Shown here piece after piece: positions 46,152 through 54,026 of a stretch of 61,082 nucleotides of DNA. The stretch is from Candidatus Omnitrophota bacterium (GTDB taxonomy: Bacteria; Omnitrophota; Omnitrophia; Omnitrophales; Aquincolibacteriaceae). Under the pieces are notes generated by a model. It saw only the letters and a list, made by a program, of their open reading frames with translations. It was not told the DNA's origin and did not search any database. Each line of letters opens with the position of its first letter. Position 1 is the stretch's first letter. The stretch is from contig VFQY01000005.1 of NCBI GenBank assembly GCA_018883425.1, positions 1 to 61,082 on the forward strand, in the 5' to 3' direction. Position numbers and translations under genes: made by a program.

Positions 46152-47126
46152 TTAAGCGTGAAGAGCGAGGCGCTCGAAGGCAAGGGCCAAGGCGCCAAGG
46201 TCCCCGATACTACCCTTGAGCTTGGACCTTTTAATGCGCACCTTTTTCATGGCCTCAGGCCAAGCATGCTCGCGGCAGCTTTTCATCATGGCTTTTCGGA
46301 ATTGAGGCGGTGCGGACTTCCAAACACCGCCCCCCAGAAGGATGAGCTCGGGATTGAGGATATTCAGCAAGTTTGCGATACCGAGCCCCAAGTAAAAGCC
46401 CGCATCTTGATACACTTGAATCGAGAGGCTGTCGCCGCCGATCGCGGCAAGGCCTGCATCTTGGGCCGTAACGCGTCCTTGTTCTTTCAGGATCTTCGCA
46501 AGAGAAGACTTCTTGCCTTGGGCAATGAGTGCTTCGGCCGCTCTGCCTATCGCTGTGCCTGACGCGTACGCTTCAAGACAGCCGGCGTTTCCGCATTTAC
46601 AGAGATTGCCTCGGGGAACAATCGTCATGTGGCCGATCTCACCGGCGACAAAACTGGCGCCCTCCAGAAGTCTTCCTTCAACAACGATTCCGCCCCCGAT
46701 TCCCGTGCTGACGGTCATGTAGACAAAATTCCGGCACTTTCGAGCCTGCCCAAAAACTTTCTCAGCAACAGCCGCCGCGTTAGCGTCATTGGCGAGAAAA
46801 ACAGGTACCCTGAACTCCTCGTTCAAGATCCTGGCCAGCTTGAGTCCCTTCCAGCCTTTCAGATGCGGGGAACGGGGCACAGCGCCTTGAATTGAATCCA
46901 CCGCGCCCGGGATTCCTACCCCAATAGCCAGCACCGAAAACTTTCGTCTGCCGGCCCATTCCGAAAGCTCACGGATCACAGCCGTCATTTCCCGAACACA
47001 CGCACGGGTCTCATCCCCCGTCCGGGTCGGGATTTTCCTGCGGGCCAAAATCTTTCCTTCCGGCGTCCCAAGGACGAAAGAAATTTTGGTCCCGCCGATA
47101 TCAATACCGATTGCTGTTTTCATCAT
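46152..47126 (-). CDS. ROK-family sugar kinase (glucokinase-like)
   Basis: 324 aa. IGIDIGGTK ATP motif, GIGGGIV, and the ROK zinc motif CKCGNAGCLEAYASG. Confidence 0.88.
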   Translation of the reverse strand: MMKTAIGIDIGGTKISFVLGTPEGKILARRKIPTRTGDETRACVREMTAVIRELSEWAGRRKFSVLAIGVGIPGAVDSIQGAVPRSPHLKGWKGLKLARILNEEFRVPVFLANDANAAAVAEKVFGQARKCRNFVYMTVSTGIGGGIVVEGRLLEGASFVAGEIGHMTIVPRGNLCKCGNAGCLEAYASGTAIGRAAEALIAQGKKSSLAKILKEQGRVTAQDAGLAAIGGDSLSIQVYQDAGFYLGLGIANLLNILNPELILLGGGVWKSAPPQFRKAMMKSCREHAWPEAMKKVRIKRSKLKGSIGDLGALALAFERLALHA

Positions 47127-47184
47127 GAATCAGGCAGGGTTGGCACAGCTTTGTTTGGGCACTTTCTGTGAACGCCGAAGAAAA

Positions 47185-47257
47185 TGGGCAGGGAGGGAAT
47201 TGAACCCCCGACACAGGGATTTTCAGTCCCTTGCTCTACCGACTGAGCTACCTGCCC
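47185..47257 (-). tRNA. tRNA-Phe (anticodon GAA), CCA not encoded
   Basis: Acceptor GGGCAGG/CCTGCCC, D arm GCTC-AGTCGGTA-GAGC, anticodon stem AGGGA/TCCCT with loop CTGAAAA, T arm GGGGG-TTCAATT-CCCTC. Confidence 0.9.
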
Positions 47258-47618
47258 TAAAAAAGTAATTCCTGTCGCGCGGGCCCCGGGTATGGGCCAA
47301 AAGAGTAGGTGCATTATAAGGATGACCTGCGGAAAGTCAATCGGGGAACTCTTAAAAAGGTGCGATTACTCCGTGGCCGCTGCCGGCTCCTAAGAAGGGC
47401 TTTGAGAAGATCTTACGCTGAACCCTAGAAAAGCCGATTCATCCCGGGCGGGCTTATGCCCCTTGAATCTATTCGAATCAAGATTCCGAAGACACCACAG
47501 CTTCCGCTCCGCTCAGTTCGCGGTTCCTTGGAAATACTGTTCTATTTGCGTTGATGCATCAATAGCTCAGGGCATTATACGCCCAAGTCTCTCCGCCAAA
47601 TTCGCCGCTGAGCCCATG

Positions 47619-50600
47619 TCAGACGGACCAAGGAAAGTCACTCAGGTCGAATTCTTTGTCGATCTGTTCAGTATCTCCCGTAGCCGTCCAATCCGAGGAG
47701 AGATTCGTCCTGATGCGGATCATGCGTTTTAGGTCTGAGTTCCAACCGAGATCCTCTACCTCGTTTCTGCTTAAGATGGAGCTGAAGGAGTTGTCAGCGT
47801 AGTTCACAATGCGCATCAGATGGCCGCGCTCCAAGATCGCATCCAAGTGGCGCGTCTCCGCAGTATCTCTCCACTCAAAATCCAAGCTCGTTCTCACGCG
47901 CTGCACGGGCCGCCCTTCCGAGTTTAAACCAAGACCCTCAACTTCCGTGCGGCTCCGCACAGTCTTGAAGGTCTCATCCGTATATTCAAAAATTCGGCGC
48001 GTATTTTCTGAAACTTCGATTTCATCGAAGAAGCGGGACTCCGGTGTCAAAAACCAATCGTCGGCGAGATTCGCCCTGACACGCTTGACCCTGTAACCCG
48101 CTGAATTGAAGCCGAGATCCACGGTCTCCTTGCGCTGCGCAACCTCGCTGAATGATCGGTCCGTGTATTCTACAGTTCGATGCACGCTCTCTGAGACTTC
48201 AATTTCATCAAGGTGGCGCGTCTCCGCAGTATCCCTCCAGTCATAATCCAAACTCGCACTCACACGCACTGCTCGCTCTCCTTGCGCATTCACACCAAGA
48301 TCCTTCACTTCCGTTCGATCTGACAAGCCTGCGTCAGGACCCTTCACATACTGAATCCTGAGAGCCGCTAATTTCCCTTCGTGCCAATAAGCATAGTAAT
48401 TACGGCTGTGAACGAGCGGTTTGTCGGCCAGCTCTGAAAAAACTAACCCATCCCGCCCGCCATCAATGCCCTTAATCACGTGACGGGCAAACTGGACAAG
48501 GTAATCAATTTCATCTGACCCTTGAATACCGTAAGACTTCCCCAGCTTCATCGCTTGAAAAAGAAGCGGAGCATCAGCGAGATCGACATGGGCGTATTTG
48601 GCGGATAAAGACTCCGAATCCAAAACGCCTTCGCTCGACAACGAAAATTTCAGGCTTATAAATTTCAAGTTTTCGGCTTCATCGATCATTCGCCAGGCCC
48701 ATTCAAATTTCCTTCTCTCCACTCGGACTTCATATTGATTCTCGTCTTTTTTTGCGGCCGCTACCAGGAAGTCGTCGCCAAATCTTCCTTGCACCTTAGC
48801 GATGTAATCTTGAACAGCTCGCGGTATATCAATGTAGTTGAGCGTACTCTGCGTAGCGATCGCCATCGATCTATAATTCGGGTCATTCACGTCGACGCCG
48901 CCGATATAAGTCAACTCCGGACCAAAGCTCCCGATCTTCAAGGTTACGAGATGGACCCCCACGAAGCCTTTCGGATAAGACGTCTTGTCCGCGAGATCCT
49001 CGGACGTGACCTGTCGGACAGAGACCGTCTCAACAAGCCCGGGATCTATCCCGGGAAATTGATCCATCAAAATCTTGCGGGCATGCGCCTCAGATTTCTC
49101 TGAAAGTCTTGCCTTTAATTCGGCGGCCTGTTCAGTTTTGAGTTCTGCTTGAAGTAAAAGCTGTTCGGCTTCGGCCCGCAATGTCTCGGCTTGCTTCGCC
49201 GTTTGTTCGGCCGCTTGCACCTGCCTCTCCGCTTCAGCCAGGCCCGCTAAAGCCGTCTGCTCACGAAGCTCTGCTTTTCGAAATTCCGATTTCGCGTTTT
49301 CCATCCTGGCAAGAACCGAATTCCTCTCTTTGTTCAGGGACATTCGCTCGAGATTAAGCGCCGCCAAACGCGCCCAGACCATTAACGATGGACGCATGCC
49401 CTGGTAACGTGCTATCTCCGCAAGAACGCGTTTTTCTCTCTCGGCAATTCGTGCCCATTGCTTTTCAGCCGCTTTGAGCATCGACTCTGCTTGCAATTTC
49501 ATCGACTGAGCCAAACGCACTTCCTGCTGAGCGCTGGCGACCGCCTGCTCGGCCGTTGCTTTCGCAAGAGAAGCTAACTCATCTAAGTCTTGCGCGTCCT
49601 CCCCTTTCCTAGCGGCTTGATCGCGCAAATCTTCAGCCTCCTGAAGCAGTAACGCTATCTTCTCCTCAAGATTTGCATCGCTCTCGAGCTCGAGGTAAAT
49701 GTATCGTCCGTTGATGCCTGTGTGGTATTGATGCGTTTGACCGTTTTTCTCCCGAAAAACGATGACGAAACCCGCCTCCCCCATGGTCTTGCATATACCC
49801 TTTCTCACACCGAGACAGCTGTCTGGCCACCAGACATCCTCTGCTATGACTAATTCAAAAGCTTCTCGGGGTTTACCCAACCTCTGCTCTAAGTCACTCA
49901 GAAGGTTTTCGATCACATCCTCTTTCTGAAGGGATCTTTCTCCTTTCAGATCAGCCTCAGGATTCAAGAGCATCGCCGTCCTCTTAACACCATAAACGCC
50001 GAAAACCCGGGTCTCATTGATCGAGGCAATCTGGTAAACGCGGTCACCGTTTTCTCTCACATAAGAGTAAAAGATCTTTTTCGTGCTGGCACAAACCGCT
50101 CCATCGATAGCTGCGCAGGGTGTGGCCACATAATCAAACTCTTCGTAAATAAGCACTTTTGAATTCGCGTGGAGTTCAGAGAGAAGCTGTTCATCCGATT
50201 TAACTTTGACCTCGAGTCCTCCGGCGGTCTCAAGCACAATGACATCGGCTGACATTTTTCTGCCTTCGCGAGTGAGGTAGGACACTGTTAAGCGATATTC
50301 AAGGCCGGAATCAGTCTGATTCTTGGAAATGACTGTGATTCCGAGCAATTTCGCGCCGCTCACTTCTGCATCGAGAGCGGCCTTCAAAACTTCGCGGCCT
50401 CCCCTGAGTGCGATACGAAAAAGATCGAGGTCGATTACACTGTCCTTGCTCAAAAGTGCAAGATCATTCATCCTAACGTATTCGATCAGCGCTGATCTGA
50501 GATCTGGGGTTAGCTTGCGCATGATCACACGTCGCGCGAAGACCTGCATAGCGTACCAGCTCTCCGAGCTGTGTTTTACCTCAAGACCCAGCAACTCGCT

Positions 50601-52505
50601 GAAGGCCTCGAAAGAGGCATCCTTACCGGCCGCGGACATCAGGACCTCAATCATGCCTTTCAGCGGCAGCGTTACGGATTGACCGCCAGGGTGAAGCAGT
50701 TTCAAATTCCCTGTGAGAATCGATCGATCAAACTCATAAAGTTTGTTCTCTGCGTAGCGCTCAAGTTCGACGCCTTGAGTGTAACTTTCATAAGGAGAGT
50801 AAGCCCCCGGGATGTAAATGAGGTGTTCAGATGGCTTCTGCGGAGGATCAATAGCATAAAGCTCCTTCGCCAATTCTTGCAGTCTGCCGCGCATAGCGCT
50901 TTCTAGCTGCCGGAGTTCTGTAAGCAAACGGTCGACGCCCTCAGGATCAAGCGCTTCCTCCACAGAGAATGACGCGATCGATTTGTCGATGTCCATGCGG
51001 GCCCTTTTAACAGCCTCCGAAAAAGTTTTCTCTAGCGGCTCCGGTACAATTCGGCCTTTTCGCAGCGCCGACCGGTAGACATAAATCTTTCCCGTTTCAT
51101 CAACGATCACAATCCGGTAACCCCGAACCGTTGCCATGGTACAAATAATCCCCGGTTCAGCGAGCCCCAGACATCCATTCGGCCAATTCTCTGCTTTGAC
51201 GCTCTGCACTTTGAAGAGATCTGCTGAGCGCCCGGTCCGCTTTGCAAGATCCGCGAGCGCGGCAAGCGCGATATCCTCAGGGCTGTCGCCATCAGGGGGA
51301 TTGTTCCCAGACTCAAAACGAATTCCTTCGAGCACAATCGCGCTCTTCACCACCCACCCGTCTCTCAGAACGACTTCCACATGCCGGTGTATTTCTTGCA
51401 GCTTCATCGCCGTTTCCTGAACTGAGCAAGGAGCTCCCATCGCCGGATTCGCCGGACAGCGGCTTTCCGAAACCGTGACAAACTGCGCATTCTTATAAGT
51501 CTTAACTTGACCGTCCTCCTCGATGACGAAGGCAATCCCTTCTCCCGTGATGAGGATTCCCGAGGTAAATATTTCTTTCCCCTGCAAATAAAACGATTTG
51601 CCCGGGATAAATGAGACTTTCTGACCGTGCAGTGTGTCGAGAAACTTGCGGACACCTTCATTCCGGCGGTCAATCAGCCATGAACGGCCTTCGCCGGTAA
51701 CGTAGTAAACGGAGTGCATAAGTGTGCTCGGAATCGTGTCATCCGTAACATAGAAAGTTCCCGTCACCACCGGCGATAAAACCTCTACAGGCTTGTATTC
51801 CAGGTGACTGTTTCTTTGTTTGCTCCAGCTAAGGGTAAAGTTGACACGCTCCCTTTGTGTGTGAAGTAAAGAAAAGCCCTCTATTCCATCCGAGTCAAAA
51901 TTCGCTTCGTTCCTTAAGAAAGCCAGATCGACCGATTGCGGCATAGTCCCATTTAGCTCGAAAGAACGGGAAACGACTCGACCCGATCGGTCCTTCATTT
52001 CCAGGGTAAATTTGCGAATCTCACCGTCGATACTGAGAGCTCCAAATTCAGCAACCGAGACAAGTTTCTCGAATTTAAAATCAAATTTCCCGGAAGCCCA
52101 TTGAGAAGAGAGATTATCGGAGATGGCCCGATATCTTTCTTCATTAGTGGTCGAGGTATTTTCAATTCGGGCAAAGCCCTTGGCCCTGGATGTCGGATCT
52201 TTGCTGTTTGAACCTTGGTATGAGGCCGACGACCCGGGAAAAGTCCGATTCGGGTCACCGAGCGCAGGTTCACTCCTACTCAGGGGGTTATCCGTAATGG
52301 GGGCTATGGAACCTGAGGGTATGGATCGAGTCGGATCAGCGGACGCGTCAACCTCTTTCATCTCGCTAAGAGCCACAACAGGCACAGTGCGATTGTCTTG
52401 CGTTCGGGCTGTCTCGTCGGCGTGCCCATACGGAAGGGCTTGGGTCACTGCCATGGTGACGGATAGAGCAACGTTCAGACACCGCATCCAAAAGTTGTTT
52501 TTCAT
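47619..52505 (-). CDS. giant secreted protein (1,628 aa) of unknown function: signal peptide, duplicated Cys-pair modules, long coiled-coil-like segment, four C-terminal ~61-aa repeats
   Basis: Uninterrupted 4,887-nt ORF. GAAAGG lies 8 nt upstream of the ATG. The N-terminus MKNNFWMRCLNVALSVTMAVTQALPYGHA looks like a signal peptide. No catalytic or known adhesin motif was recognised (see findings). Confidence 0.85.
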   Translation of the reverse strand: MKNNFWMRCLNVALSVTMAVTQALPYGHADETARTQDNRTVPVVALSEMKEVDASADPTRSIPSGSIAPITDNPLSRSEPALGDPNRTFPGSSASYQGSNSKDPTSRAKGFARIENTSTTNEERYRAISDNLSSQWASGKFDFKFEKLVSVAEFGALSIDGEIRKFTLEMKDRSGRVVSRSFELNGTMPQSVDLAFLRNEANFDSDGIEGFSLLHTQRERVNFTLSWSKQRNSHLEYKPVEVLSPVVTGTFYVTDDTIPSTLMHSVYYVTGEGRSWLIDRRNEGVRKFLDTLHGQKVSFIPGKSFYLQGKEIFTSGILITGEGIAFVIEEDGQVKTYKNAQFVTVSESRCPANPAMGAPCSVQETAMKLQEIHRHVEVVLRDGWVVKSAIVLEGIRFESGNNPPDGDSPEDIALAALADLAKRTGRSADLFKVQSVKAENWPNGCLGLAEPGIICTMATVRGYRIVIVDETGKIYVYRSALRKGRIVPEPLEKTFSEAVKRARMDIDKSIASFSVEEALDPEGVDRLLTELRQLESAMRGRLQELAKELYAIDPPQKPSEHLIYIPGAYSPYESYTQGVELERYAENKLYEFDRSILTGNLKLLHPGGQSVTLPLKGMIEVLMSAAGKDASFEAFSELLGLEVKHSSESWYAMQVFARRVIMRKLTPDLRSALIEYVRMNDLALLSKDSVIDLDLFRIALRGGREVLKAALDAEVSGAKLLGITVISKNQTDSGLEYRLTVSYLTREGRKMSADVIVLETAGGLEVKVKSDEQLLSELHANSKVLIYEEFDYVATPCAAIDGAVCASTKKIFYSYVRENGDRVYQIASINETRVFGVYGVKRTAMLLNPEADLKGERSLQKEDVIENLLSDLEQRLGKPREAFELVIAEDVWWPDSCLGVRKGICKTMGEAGFVIVFREKNGQTHQYHTGINGRYIYLELESDANLEEKIALLLQEAEDLRDQAARKGEDAQDLDELASLAKATAEQAVASAQQEVRLAQSMKLQAESMLKAAEKQWARIAEREKRVLAEIARYQGMRPSLMVWARLAALNLERMSLNKERNSVLARMENAKSEFRKAELREQTALAGLAEAERQVQAAEQTAKQAETLRAEAEQLLLQAELKTEQAAELKARLSEKSEAHARKILMDQFPGIDPGLVETVSVRQVTSEDLADKTSYPKGFVGVHLVTLKIGSFGPELTYIGGVDVNDPNYRSMAIATQSTLNYIDIPRAVQDYIAKVQGRFGDDFLVAAAKKDENQYEVRVERRKFEWAWRMIDEAENLKFISLKFSLSSEGVLDSESLSAKYAHVDLADAPLLFQAMKLGKSYGIQGSDEIDYLVQFARHVIKGIDGGRDGLVFSELADKPLVHSRNYYAYWHEGKLAALRIQYVKGPDAGLSDRTEVKDLGVNAQGERAVRVSASLDYDWRDTAETRHLDEIEVSESVHRTVEYTDRSFSEVAQRKETVDLGFNSAGYRVKRVRANLADDWFLTPESRFFDEIEVSENTRRIFEYTDETFKTVRSRTEVEGLGLNSEGRPVQRVRTSLDFEWRDTAETRHLDAILERGHLMRIVNYADNSFSSILSRNEVEDLGWNSDLKRMIRIRTNLSSDWTATGDTEQIDKEFDLSDFPWSV

Positions 52506-52762
52506 GATCGGCCTTTCGAACTTGAGATTTTTTGCTAGTTTCTAGCTTGTCCTTTTCTCATTCGATCTTCTAAGAAATTAAGAGTTAAGGATCTTATTAA
52601 GGAAGCTACCTTCAGGTTTTAATCTTTTCAAGTCTTTTTATAAAGTTCATAAATTTGCTAGATTGCTTCGCTATAAGTATATTGGATTTAATCACTTAAG
52701 ATTACGTACTTGGGGGGGGTATTGGCCCTGACCGGGCGCTTTTTAATCTGCGAGAGGAACTT

Positions 52763-53242
52763 TTATTCGGCAGAACAGCTGAGCCAACGGTCGAGGGTCA
52801 GAGGGCTGGATCGAAATCGGGAAAGGAAAAGCCCAAGACATCCGTTCACGATGTCGAGGAAAAAAATCTGGGGGTAGGTCAACTGAGGTCCGCTTTCGCC
52901 GAAGCAGCCGCAGGTTTGAGATGCGTCTAAACCAAGCTTACCGCTCAGTGCTATCACAGCCGCAAGAGAAAACGCAAAACATCCGAGCAGGAAGGACGAG
53001 GCGCGAAGCGCATACCCGGAAACCACAAAAAAACCCAGGATCCACTCCAGCCAGGGTACCACAAGCGCAATCATCGGAACCCACGCGGCGGGCAGAGCAT
53101 CGTAACCGTAAAGCACCGCACGGAAGTTTGCCGCAGGCTCAAGAAGTTTGATCAATCCTGAAGCCATAAAAACGCCCCCGAGGAGGATTCTCGCAAGGAT
53201 CGGAAAAGAAAAACCGAAAAACTTTCTAACCGCGGTCTTCAT
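52763..53242 (-). CDS. MauE/DoxX-family redox-associated membrane protein
   Basis: 159 aa with 4 TM helices. ARILLGGVFMASGLIKLLEP start and a CGCFG motif. ATGA overlap with the upstream DsbA-like gene. Confidence 0.7.
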   Translation of the reverse strand: MKTAVRKFFGFSFPILARILLGGVFMASGLIKLLEPAANFRAVLYGYDALPAAWVPMIALVVPWLEWILGFFVVSGYALRASSFLLGCFAFSLAAVIALSGKLGLDASQTCGCFGESGPQLTYPQIFFLDIVNGCLGLFLSRFRSSPLTLDRWLSCSAE

Positions 53243-53901
53243 GAGCCGCTCTTGGCCTCAGCCGCGCCGCCGGAGGGCTCAAGATTCAGAATTTTGCGGA
53301 TGATCGCTTCCCCCTTCAAACCAAGTTCAATATGTCCGGCAACCCGTTCACCGTTGATGAAGAAAGTCGGCGTCGAGTTAACTTGGGCATCGACTCCCGT
53401 TTGTTTATCTGCCTGCACGCGGCCCCGCACGGTCTCATCCGCCAAGCAAGCGCCGAACGCGTCGAGATTCAAACCGAGGTCGCGCGCGTAGCGCAGCAGA
53501 GAATCTGACGGGTTCTGCGGCGCGGACCAAAGAGTCTGATTTTTGAACAGCACGTCATGGTAATCCCAAAAACGGTTTTGAGAAGCTGCGCACTCAGCCG
53601 CCTGATGAGCAATGCCCGACCAGACGTGCCCAGCCAGCGGAAAATGTCTGTAAACAAAACGAATCTGACCCGGGTACTTGGCGTCCAAGGATTGCAGAAC
53701 GGCCTGGGCACGCTGACAGGCGGGGCATTGAAAATCGCTGTATTCAAGAATTTCTACGGGCGCACCCGCCGGCCCCTTCGTTTTGGTAAGACTGGGCTGT
53801 TGGGCAGGCACGGTAACGTCAGAACCCTTTTTGGCCAGCAGCACCCCCGAAACGAGCACTGAAACGAGAACAACCCCTGCCGCCGCAAAACGCCTCTTCA
53901 T
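53239..53901 (-). CDS. exported DsbA-family thioredoxin-fold thiol:disulfide oxidoreductase
   Basis: 220 aa with a signal anchor. YSDFQCPACQ active site, and a TPTFFINGE cis-Pro region. Confidence 0.85.
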   Translation of the reverse strand: MKRRFAAAGVVLVSVLVSGVLLAKKGSDVTVPAQQPSLTKTKGPAGAPVEILEYSDFQCPACQRAQAVLQSLDAKYPGQIRFVYRHFPLAGHVWSGIAHQAAECAASQNRFWDYHDVLFKNQTLWSAPQNPSDSLLRYARDLGLNLDAFGACLADETVRGRVQADKQTGVDAQVNSTPTFFINGERVAGHIELGLKGEAIIRKILNLEPSGGAAEAKSGS

Positions 53902-54026
53902 GTTTTCTCCTTCGAGTTAACGGATGAAGCTCCGGCCGCACTTCGGACGGATTCTTACCGCAAACGTTTTTTAATTCAGTTCCTCTGCCGATCCAAGAAC
54001 CGCTCGGCAGAGAAGCCGACTTGAAT

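Noticed and set aside
47185-52762. Giant gene as cargo of a tRNA-Phe-integrated genomic island.
   Set aside because: The gene lies on the 5' side of the tRNA, not the usual 3' side. I see no integrase and no direct repeat of the tRNA 3' end at the far boundary. Foreign origin remains possible from the AT-rich flanks but is unsupported.
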